Positions 26,074 through 33,963 of a stretch of DNA of 51,920 bases are shown here, piece by piece. The notes beneath the pieces were generated by a model. That model was not told where the DNA came from. It ran no database searches and was given only the letters and a program-made list of their open reading frames with translations. The stretch is from assembly GCA_017455645.1 (NCBI GenBank), contig JAFSZS010000008.1, forward strand, positions 1 through 51,920, in the 5' to 3' direction. This DNA is from Selenomonadaceae bacterium (GTDB taxonomy: Bacteria > Bacillota > Negativicutes > Selenomonadales > Selenomonadaceae). Positions within the stretch are counted from its first letter, which is position 1. Each line of letters opens with the position of its first letter. Position numbers and translations under genes: made by a program.

Positions 26074-27738
26074 ATGGGCTTTTACGTAGGAATTGACTTG
26101 GGAACTACCAACAGTACAGTTTCTGTAATTCAAACAAAAAATACCGACGATTCACCACTTGACACGCTTACTACTTGCCCAATTTTTCAATATAAAACTA
26201 TTGGCGAATTTATAGCTGACGAATGTTTACCTTCCGCACTAAATTTTGATATTGATAACCGGCGAGTTTATACCGGGCTTTACGCCAAAAATATTTACGC
26301 TTCCGGCGAGCAATCGCTTCAAACTGCCGTATCTGTCAAAACTCGTATTGGCAGCGACGCAAGATTAGAAATTCCAAGCCGTTTTAGAAAAAATATTACT
26401 CAAATTTTCGATATGAAAGAATGCTCCGCGTTTTTTATTCGCACAATTGTAGATTCACTCAAGAAAAATTTTCCAAAATTGGCTGACATTATAACCAATG
26501 AATGTGTTGTAACAGTTCCGGCGGCTTTTAACGACGATGAAAGAGTTGCTACTCAAAACGCAGTTTTATTGGGCGGGTTCAAAAGTTGCAAAATTTTAGA
26601 TGAGCCGACAGCCGCTTTACTTTCCTATATCAACAGTGATTCTTATGACGACTCTGCAGACGACGATACAATTTACAAATTGGTTTACGATATTGGCGGC
26701 GGTACTCTAGATGTTTCAATAGCAAAATTGACAACAGATTTTTTTGGCGATTATAAAGTTGATATTGTGGCTTTATCAGACAGAATGAATTTGGGCGGAG
26801 ATAATTTTGACAGGTTGCTGGGCGCGTATTTTCTCAAGGAATTTGAAAATACCAATGAGCCGATACAATCTTACAGCAAAGAAAAGCAAGCTAAAATTAT
26901 TGCGCGTATAGTTTCGCAAGCTGAAGACTGCAAAATTAAACTTAACAAATTAATTTTGAATTGCGGCAACGATCAAAGAAAATTGGATAAAGTCAAGTTG
27001 GGGGTAGAATTTGAGTTAATCGATAATATGTACGTCAATGGAATTGTGCTGAATAAAAAAATTTTGGACGAATTATTTACTTGTTACACTTCGCCGGAGG
27101 AAAAATTTGGATTAATCGCCCCAATAAAAACTGCCCTTCAACGCGCAAATCTAAAAAAAGAAAATATCAGCGAAGTTATTTTAACCGGCGGAATGGCGCA
27201 ATTTTACGCTGTCAATGAAGCTATTCACAAATTTTTTAAGGACATTCCGATAAGCACTGTTGAAGATACACGAATTGCAGTTTCACGCGGCGCGGCTTTG
27301 TATCATTGGAGCCTTGACGAAGATAACGACGCTGACGACGTAAAAAAAATTTCTACTATCAGTAACAGATTAGCCGCAAATATTTATGTTCGCAATTCTG
27401 AAGGAATTTTTGAATTGCTTGTACCTTATGACCTTAGCGAAACTAAAGGCACTTTCAACTATATAATTTCAGATGACAATGTAACTTATTTTCCTTTTTA
27501 TTTATATTCGGGCAACGGAGATATTACTACTACCTACACGCAACTTGCCGGGCGTATGATTAAAGCCAAGCCGGAATACAAGCGCGGCTCCAAAATTCCG
27601 ATTGATTGGGAAATTGACGAAAACAAAGTTATTACGATAAAAATTCAAGACGACGACAATATAAAATTATCTCGCCTTTTAACGCCCGCCGAAATTTCCA
27701 ATAATGTAATTAATCGCTATTCAATCAACAGGAGTTAA
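26074..27738 (+). CDS. Hsp70/DnaK-like ATPase, lidless (paralogue 3)
   Basis: 554 aa. Motifs VGIDLGTTNSTVSV, VVTVPAAFNDDER, EPTAALLSY, VYDIGGGTLDVSIA, LGGDNFD and VILTGGMAQF are present. Confidence 0.85.
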   Translation: MGFYVGIDLGTTNSTVSVIQTKNTDDSPLDTLTTCPIFQYKTIGEFIADECLPSALNFDIDNRRVYTGLYAKNIYASGEQSLQTAVSVKTRIGSDARLEIPSRFRKNITQIFDMKECSAFFIRTIVDSLKKNFPKLADIITNECVVTVPAAFNDDERVATQNAVLLGGFKSCKILDEPTAALLSYINSDSYDDSADDDTIYKLVYDIGGGTLDVSIAKLTTDFFGDYKVDIVALSDRMNLGGDNFDRLLGAYFLKEFENTNEPIQSYSKEKQAKIIARIVSQAEDCKIKLNKLILNCGNDQRKLDKVKLGVEFELIDNMYVNGIVLNKKILDELFTCYTSPEEKFGLIAPIKTALQRANLKKENISEVILTGGMAQFYAVNEAIHKFFKDIPISTVEDTRIAVSRGAALYHWSLDEDNDADDVKKISTISNRLAANIYVRNSEGIFELLVPYDLSETKGTFNYIISDDNVTYFPFYLYSGNGDITTTYTQLAGRMIKAKPEYKRGSKIPIDWEIDENKVITIKIQDDDNIKLSRLLTPAEISNNVINRYSINRS

Positions 27739-27742
27739 AATT

Positions 27743-29110
27743 ATGAATACCGAAGAATTGAACGAAATATTTAACGCCTTAAATCGAATTAACAGGAGCC
27801 TTGACGAACGCTTTACAAAGGACGCAGATTTTTACATTGAACAGGAACAGATTGAAATTCTCAAAGATTTAATTTACCGTGGCGAATATGATAAAATTGC
27901 TGAAAATTTTAATTCCCGCGTGGTTTTGAATTGGATTGTAAAAAATGCGTGGCTGATTAAAAATGAAAATTACGCGGTACTTCAAAAAATTTTCGACGAT
28001 TGCCCGGACGATTATTTAAAAATTATAATGAGCCAAGATTTTTTTGATAACAAAATTGAAATGCCCGCAAGTTTCAGATTTTGGTTACTTTCAAATTATC
28101 TTAAGCGGCTTGATGAAAAAGCTTGCTCCGATATGTTGCAGGGTAATTTAATTTTTCTGAATCAGCCGACTTTAAGGGCAATTTGCGTCGCGCAGATTCT
28201 CAAAAATAAATCGATTGACGAACGCTACAAAATTTTCAATGAATATTCAATTCAAAGCCCCAATCTTTTATCGCAGGAAAAAATTTTTTCGCCGATATTT
28301 TCTAAACTTAATGACGCCGTAAGAAATTTTATTTTTGAAAATCATTTCGCCCAAGAAACGCCGGCAAGTAAATTTTGGGCTGATATTTTGTCTGCTGAAG
28401 ATGTTCCCTTTATGATGGAAAAATTCAAGCGATATTGTCAAACGCACTCGGCAAATTTGGACGCCTGCAAAGATGTAGACGTAAGATTGTTTTGGATTTC
28501 TACCAAAAATTTTCCGGTGTACGCCAAAGGATTTGCGGCGGCTTGTGCTTGTATGATTCGTACAAAAAATATCAATTTACAAAAAGCCTTGGCAATTTAT
28601 GAACTGAATCACTTTAGCAGATGGGAGCAAGAAAAAAATCAGCTTAAGGCAGAATTGGCAAAAGTTGGAATTACTGATATTGAGGGCGGCGGAGTTTTTA
28701 ACTTTGACGAAATAAAAGAGCGTCTGAATTATCACGGGGCTAATTTTGAAAAACTTTTGTCTGACAACGTTTACCGTTTCCTTGCAGTTTCTTTCAAAAA
28801 AACTTGCGCCCCCGAAGATTTAAAAAAACTTTTTAAGGAAGTTAAATTTCGTGACAGATTTGAGAAACTTTGTTGCCTTCTGATTAAGTTTACAGACAGC
28901 AATTACCAATTAAATTTTGACTATATAAATTGCATGGTTCAGATTATCCCGCAGGAAACCAACAAATATAATCCTTTGGTCGCGTACCTTTTGGATTTTA
29001 TCGCCAACAATAATATTTTGATAAAATACAGGCGTTTTGGAACTTACAATATAGAAAAATTTTTTAGAGAAAAAGATTTTGGGCGTTTTGTTAAAATTGC
29101 ACATTTTTAA
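27743..29110 (+). CDS. Hypothetical all-helical protein, partner 3 (455 aa, no recognised domain)
   Basis: A long ORF with only a 4-nt gap to its upstream neighbour. It is rich in F/K/N/L, with no motif I can name. Confidence 0.6.
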   Translation: MNTEELNEIFNALNRINRSLDERFTKDADFYIEQEQIEILKDLIYRGEYDKIAENFNSRVVLNWIVKNAWLIKNENYAVLQKIFDDCPDDYLKIIMSQDFFDNKIEMPASFRFWLLSNYLKRLDEKACSDMLQGNLIFLNQPTLRAICVAQILKNKSIDERYKIFNEYSIQSPNLLSQEKIFSPIFSKLNDAVRNFIFENHFAQETPASKFWADILSAEDVPFMMEKFKRYCQTHSANLDACKDVDVRLFWISTKNFPVYAKGFAAACACMIRTKNINLQKALAIYELNHFSRWEQEKNQLKAELAKVGITDIEGGGVFNFDEIKERLNYHGANFEKLLSDNVYRFLAVSFKKTCAPEDLKKLFKEVKFRDRFEKLCCLLIKFTDSNYQLNFDYINCMVQIIPQETNKYNPLVAYLLDFIANNNILIKYRRFGTYNIEKFFREKDFGRFVKIAHF

Positions 29111-29125
29111 AACGGGGTGTAATTT

Positions 29126-30580
29126 ATGAATTTCATTGGAATAGATTTAGGTACGACAAATTCGGTTGCTTGTACATTTCAGCGCGGCGATTTTAAATTT
29201 CTAAAATTTTCTGGGAAAGTTTTATTACCTTCGGCGGTTATGTTCAAAGACGGGAAAATTAAAGTTGGCGAGGCTGCCAAAAATTTTTCACAACGCTACC
29301 CAAATAACGTTATAACTTCTGCCAAAACTTATATGGGCGATAATGGTCATTTTTGGGAAATTGACGGGCGCAAATTTACGGCAACAGATGTAGCCGCGGA
29401 AGTTTTGCGGGAAATTTATAAATCTGCGCGAAAATTTTTTAATAACGCTGAAGAAATATCGGCAGTCATAACCGTACCGGAGCAATTTTCAGCCAATCAA
29501 CGAGCCGAAACAAAAAAAGCCGGCGAATCGGCAGGATTTACAGTAAAACAAATTTTGACTGAACCTGTAGCGGCGGCTATTGCATACGCTTTTGGAAATT
29601 CTAAGCCCAATGAAAAAATTTACGTTGTAGACTTGGGCGGCGGCACTTTCGACGTTGCATTACTTGAGGCGCGCGAAGATGATTATTACAAAACTTTGAT
29701 ACAGGGCGGAAATCGTTCCTTGGGCGGCGATGACTTCGATAAAGCGTTGGTAAATATAATGATAATCGAAATTTTTACAAATACCGGCGTTGAATTAACA
29801 GAGGCTGAAAAATCCGGCTTGAGTCCCGCGCAATATTCAACAACCATTCAAAAAATTTACATTGAAGCCGAAAAAGTCAAACGGGCGTTAAGTAATGCTG
29901 AATCTGCGCAAGTCGATATAAAAAATTTGTTCCCGTACAAGGACGGCGTTTTTGATTTTCATATGACAATAACCCGTGAAGAATTTTTAAAAGAAATTTC
30001 TCAATATGTGCAGGAAATTGAAACTGTAATAAAAAATTCATTTGAAGGTACAGAATTTAGCGCGGCAGATGTAGACCGTGTAATTTTAGTAGGCGGCTCT
30101 GCAATGATGCCTTTTGTCAGGGAATGCGTACAAAAAATTTTCAACAAAGAACCTTATTCTATTGACGACCTTTCAAAATTGGTTGCAATGGGCGCGGCAA
30201 TTTTCGCAGATGATACGCTCGGCAACGGGATTGAACACCACGATATTATTTCTCATTCTTTCGGCGTTGAATTAGTTGGTAAGAGAATGGAAAAAATGTT
30301 ACTGCAAAATGAAGAATACCCCTGCGAACGCACAAAAACTTTTTATACTGTCGAAGATAACCAAAAAGCAGTAAGAATTAATGCTTACGAAGGCGAAGAT
30401 ACCGAAGAAGTGGAGCAGAATCGTTATATAGGCGGATTTGTATTGCGGGGAATTGAAAAAGCTCCCGCCGGTAAAAAAATTGAAATACGATTTGCCTTTG
30501 ATAAGAATTGCATTTTGCACGTTATGGCGAAAGACCCAAAAAAGCCCGGCGTTGAAAAAGAAATTGATTTAACTACATGA
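29126..30580 (+). CDS. Hsp70/DnaK-like ATPase, lidless (paralogue 4, most DnaK/HscC-like)
   Basis: 484 aa. Motifs IGIDLGTTNSVAC, AVITVPEQFSANQR, EPVAAAIAYA, VVDLGGGTFDVALL, LGGDDFD and VILVGGSAMMP are present. An SBD-beta region follows (SHSFGVEL ... INAYEGED ... IEIRFAFDKNCILHVMA). Confidence 0.9.
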   Translation: MNFIGIDLGTTNSVACTFQRGDFKFLKFSGKVLLPSAVMFKDGKIKVGEAAKNFSQRYPNNVITSAKTYMGDNGHFWEIDGRKFTATDVAAEVLREIYKSARKFFNNAEEISAVITVPEQFSANQRAETKKAGESAGFTVKQILTEPVAAAIAYAFGNSKPNEKIYVVDLGGGTFDVALLEAREDDYYKTLIQGGNRSLGGDDFDKALVNIMIIEIFTNTGVELTEAEKSGLSPAQYSTTIQKIYIEAEKVKRALSNAESAQVDIKNLFPYKDGVFDFHMTITREEFLKEISQYVQEIETVIKNSFEGTEFSAADVDRVILVGGSAMMPFVRECVQKIFNKEPYSIDDLSKLVAMGAAIFADDTLGNGIEHHDIISHSFGVELVGKRMEKMLLQNEEYPCERTKTFYTVEDNQKAVRINAYEGEDTEEVEQNRYIGGFVLRGIEKAPAGKKIEIRFAFDKNCILHVMAKDPKKPGVEKEIDLTT

Positions 30581-30595
30581 GCGGGAGAGTTTTTT

Positions 30596-31507
30596 ATGCC
30601 TTTGGAAAGAAAATCTGATGCGCCCAAAAAAGTTGAAGAAGAAAATATTTTTGTACCGGAAGAGCCGCGCTACAGTCTTGACGATATTATTTTAACACAA
30701 TCGACAAGAGACCAAATTTTGGACGTGGCAACTTACGCCGAAAATTCGCAGTTGGTTTTTGACATTTGGGGATTTAACAAGACGCACAAATATTCAAAGC
30801 GCGTTGGAATAAATTTGTACGGCGCGCCCGGCACGGGTAAAACTATGGCGGCGCACGCAATAGCTAAGCAACTTGGCAAAAAAATTTTAATCGTCAACTA
30901 CGCGGATATTGAATCAAAGTACGTTGGCGAAACTCCAAAAAATATCAGAAAAGCATTTGAGGCGGCGAAAAATTCCGGCAGCATTTTATTTTTTGACGAG
31001 GCGGACGCAATTTTGAGCAAGCGCGTTACAAATATGACGCAAGCCGTTGATGTCAGCGTAAATCAGACGCGCTCGGTTATGTTAATGTTAATGAATGAAT
31101 ATCAAGATTTTATAATTTTTGCCACGAATTTTATTGAAAACTTTGACGCGGCTTTTATGCGCCGAATTTCTGTACACGTGAAATTTGAATTGCCTGATTT
31201 TGAGTGCAGGAAAAAACTTTGGCAAATGTACATTCCAACAGAATTTGCGGCGCAGTTTGAAAATCTTGACATTGACGAACTTGCAGGAAAATATTCCGGA
31301 ATTTCCGGCAGTGACATTTCAAACGCTGTACTCAACGCCGCTTTTAAAGCTGCGCGACTTGTTCCCGACGGCAACGTTCAAAACGCCGCGCTTAAAGCAA
31401 AATATAAAGCCTCCTACACCAATTCAAATAAACTCGACAAGAAAATTTTGTTTGACGCGGTAGAAAATATTTTGGAAAGTAAGCGTGCTAACGATGGAAA
31501 AATTTAA
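30596..31507 (+). CDS. Classical-clade AAA+ ATPase (single AAA module)
   Basis: 303 aa. It has Walker A GAPGTGKT, Walker B ILFFDEAD, sensor-1 FATN, and arginine-rich DAAFMRR of the second region of homology. Confidence 0.9.
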   Translation: MPLERKSDAPKKVEEENIFVPEEPRYSLDDIILTQSTRDQILDVATYAENSQLVFDIWGFNKTHKYSKRVGINLYGAPGTGKTMAAHAIAKQLGKKILIVNYADIESKYVGETPKNIRKAFEAAKNSGSILFFDEADAILSKRVTNMTQAVDVSVNQTRSVMLMLMNEYQDFIIFATNFIENFDAAFMRRISVHVKFELPDFECRKKLWQMYIPTEFAAQFENLDIDELAGKYSGISGSDISNAVLNAAFKAARLVPDGNVQNAALKAKYKASYTNSNKLDKKILFDAVENILESKRANDGKI

Positions 31508-31757
31508 GTGCGATTGTTGCGGCTTGTGTTGCAGGCACATTAACTGCAGTGAACTTTCAAAAAATCTTGACAGAGGCGACGGCGTTTGTAAATTTCTTGA
31601 CACTGAAAAAAATCTTTGTACGATTTATGACAGCCGCCCCGATTTTTGCAACGTCGAAAAAGGATATAAAAAATATTTCGCCGAATTTTACACTGAAGAA
31701 GAATATTTGCGCTTGAATTATGAAGCGTGCAAGAAACTTAGGGATATAGGGATATAG
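31494..31757 (+). CDS. YkgJ/UPF0153-family cysteine-cluster (putative Zn/Fe-binding) protein
   Basis: ORF 31485..31757. The start at ATG 31494 gives MEKFKCDCCGLCCRH...GVCKFL...CTIYDSRPDFC, and GTG 31485 is an alternative start. The gene overlaps the AAA+ stop by 14 nt. Its last 5 codons and stop lie in the GGGATATA repeat. Confidence 0.7.
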   Translation: MEKFKCDCCGLCCRHINCSELSKNLDRGDGVCKFLDTEKNLCTIYDSRPDFCNVEKGYKKYFAEFYTEEEYLRLNYEACKKLRDIGI

Positions 31758-31806
31758 GGATATAGGGAAAATTCTTGGAACCCTATGACCCTTTATCCCT
31801 AGCCCC
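31741..31806. repeat. G-arm / C-arm inverted repeat of the GGGATATA family closing the Hsp70 operon
   Basis: (GGGATATA)3GGG spans 31741-31767, a 13-nt loop follows, then CCCTATGACCCTTTATCCCTAGCCCC spans 31781-31806. The element has the same layout and orientation relative to the upstream gene as the one at 19654-19724. Confidence 0.85.
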
Positions 31807-31834
31807 TTAAAAACTACTGAAGGGAGTTTTTAAA

Positions 31835-32401
31835 ATGAAGGTTGCAATTTTATTGGCTAATGGATTTGAAGAGGCAGAAGCACTTGTTACGATTGATATT
31901 TTGCGTCGCGCAGGAATTGAAATTGAATCGTTTTCAGTGGCTGAAGAATTTGTTACAAGCAGTCGAAAAATTACTGTTAAAGCCGATAAAATTTTGGGCG
32001 ATAACAATTTGGCTGAATACGACATGGTAATTTTGCCGGGCGGTCAACCGGGCTCCACTACACTTTCAAAAGACGCGCGCGTTTTAAATATCGTGCGAAA
32101 CTTTATTGGCGATAAGAAAAAATTTGTGGCGGCAATTTGCGCGGCTCCGATGGTTTTAAAATCTGCGGGCGTAAGCGCGGGCAAAACTTTAACTTCTTTT
32201 CCTTCAGACGAATTAAAGGCAATGTTTACCGACGCAAATTACATTGACGATAAATTGGTTGTGCAGGACGGAAATTTAATTACAAGCCGCGGCGCAGGCA
32301 CTACCATGCCTTTTGCTTACAAAATCGTTGACGTTTTGGGCGGCAATTCCGAGCCGGTAAAAAAAGGTATGCTGTACGACAGACTTTTGGCGGGAAAATG
32401 A
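31835..32401 (+). CDS. DJ-1/PfpI-family protein
   Basis: 188 aa. The nucleophile-elbow motif AAICAAP is present. The N-terminus is typical of the family (KVAILLANGFEEAEAL). Confidence 0.85.
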   Translation: MKVAILLANGFEEAEALVTIDILRRAGIEIESFSVAEEFVTSSRKITVKADKILGDNNLAEYDMVILPGGQPGSTTLSKDARVLNIVRNFIGDKKKFVAAICAAPMVLKSAGVSAGKTLTSFPSDELKAMFTDANYIDDKLVVQDGNLITSRGAGTTMPFAYKIVDVLGGNSEPVKKGMLYDRLLAGK

Positions 32402-32700
32402 AACAAGTTAAAATTACAGTAATGAAAAAAGTCAGCCACGCGGATTTAATTTCAAAGTACGAAAACCCGCTTGAAAATCCCTGCGATATGGAAGTTGGGC
32501 AAATTTTTATTTCCAACGGCTGGGAAAAACCGGCGGGCTTGTGTCAAAGTGCGTGGGAAAGTATGGCTGAATTTGTGCGCGGACTTTCGCACGGCGCGGA
32601 AAATTTTTACAACGGCTGGATGAAAAACAAAAAAGCCGTCATGATTTCCTGCAATGACGGCTTCAGACCGGTTAGCTTTTTTATTGAAGTTGTTGATTAA
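32398..32700 (+). CDS. TIGR04076-family small protein
   Basis: 100 aa. The ATGA overlap with the DJ-1 stop suggests translational coupling. The sequence pattern CDMEVGQ...GLCQSAW...ISCNDGFRPV resembles that family from memory. Confidence 0.6.
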   Translation: MKQVKITVMKKVSHADLISKYENPLENPCDMEVGQIFISNGWEKPAGLCQSAWESMAEFVRGLSHGAENFYNGWMKNKKAVMISCNDGFRPVSFFIEVVD

Positions 32701-33935
32701 ATTTCGTTCATAATTTTTGAATTCTCTGCTGCAGAAAGTGCGGTGGAGAATTTTTTTAGTGCGGAAATTGCCCTGTCGAAAGAATCAGTTAAAACCAATT
32801 CGACGCGGCTGCCCAAAAGTTTTTTCGCCTGTTTGAAAACCAATCTGTAATCTTCACTAGACGAAACTAAAACGTAACTTGACGCCAAATCAGAATGAGC
32901 CGCGCCCACAATTTCGGCAAGCGAAGGCGAAGATTCAGCACTTCCCGAAACTAAAATTGTTGCGCCCGCGTCTTGTAACTTTTGCGCCTCTTCAGAATCT
33001 TTTGCAACTGCCAACGCGGCAACCGTTATCAAGGCGTCATTCGCCGGCAATGAATGTGTTTCACTCATATTTGTAATTTTTACGTCGCGCAGGGAACCCC
33101 AACCCAATGCTTGCTCCAATGCTTTTCCAACGTGATCTGTATGAAGGTGTACATCGATACCGCCGCTTAATCTTTCGACGATTGAAAAGCTACTGAAGTC
33201 TTTCATTTGGCGTTCAAGCTCGGCGATATTTGCATTGGAAGTTTTGACGCGCAGGCGCACGCAGTAAGGACGTACTAAATCATTTCGCGGGTCGGGCATA
33301 TTTTTATGAATACCTAAACCTAATGATAAACTAACTGTAGGCGATACAAAATTTCCGTCCAAGCCTTTCAAGCAGCCTTTCAAAAAGCTAATCATAATGC
33401 TTGCACCGGCGTTATCTTGTCCCGCTTCAGCAATAATTTTTTCGCCGGATTGAATCGCCTTTTGCAAAATTTCAACAATCGGCATATTTTCCCTAACTGC
33501 ATGGTACGCGCCCTTTGCAACCGCCTTAGCAACGATTATGAAAGGACTTTCGCTGTCGTCAGGCAGGGAGCGTTGGGCGTACAAAATCCCGTACTGAAAA
33601 GCCTTGCCAAATTCGGAGCCGGTGGCGTCATATTTTCCGGCTAAGCCTGTACCAATTCCGCGGAACATTTGCGCCAAAACAACTCCTGCGTTGCCGCGTG
33701 CGCCGAAAACTGCCGCGGTTGCAACCCTGCGCGAAAGTCCGCCAATGCTGTCATCTTTTGCCTCGGCAAGCGGCATAACTGCAGCCCCCATTGTCCGCAA
33801 AATGTGCGTGCCTGGCAATGTTCCCGCGCCCGGCTGTGAATTTATATTTTCATATTCCAACAGAAATTCACTGTACGCACCGGAGACCATTCTTTTAAAA
33901 TCCCCGCCGGTAATGACTTCCCGTATTCCCGTCAT
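32697..33935 (-). CDS. DAK2-domain protein, YloV-like but shortened
   Basis: 412 aa. GARGNAGVVLAQMFRG corresponds to YloV GARGNSGVILSQLFRG. DVHLHTDHVGKALEQALGWGSLRDVKITNMSETH corresponds to YloV KVHIHAEEPG...IKIENMREQH. The usual PDGDTGTNM motif reads PGAGTLPGTHI here. Confidence 0.65.
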   Translation of the reverse strand: MTGIREVITGGDFKRMVSGAYSEFLLEYENINSQPGAGTLPGTHILRTMGAAVMPLAEAKDDSIGGLSRRVATAAVFGARGNAGVVLAQMFRGIGTGLAGKYDATGSEFGKAFQYGILYAQRSLPDDSESPFIIVAKAVAKGAYHAVRENMPIVEILQKAIQSGEKIIAEAGQDNAGASIMISFLKGCLKGLDGNFVSPTVSLSLGLGIHKNMPDPRNDLVRPYCVRLRVKTSNANIAELERQMKDFSSFSIVERLSGGIDVHLHTDHVGKALEQALGWGSLRDVKITNMSETHSLPANDALITVAALAVAKDSEEAQKLQDAGATILVSGSAESSPSLAEIVGAAHSDLASSYVLVSSSEDYRLVFKQAKKLLGSRVELVLTDSFDRAISALKKFSTALSAAENSKIMNEI

Positions 33936-33963
33936 TTTTTACACCGCCTGTCTTTTTAAAATT

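Noticed and set aside
21186-31757. Canonical heat-shock dnaK operon, or simple HscA/HscC-type housekeeping paralogues.
   Set aside because: There are four Hsp70 genes in one operon, all lacking the helical lid. There is no hrcA and no J-domain (no HPD motif in any product). The partners are non-canonical and include a PIN insert and an AAA+ ATPase. None of this fits hrcA-grpE-dnaK-dnaJ or isc/hsc operons.
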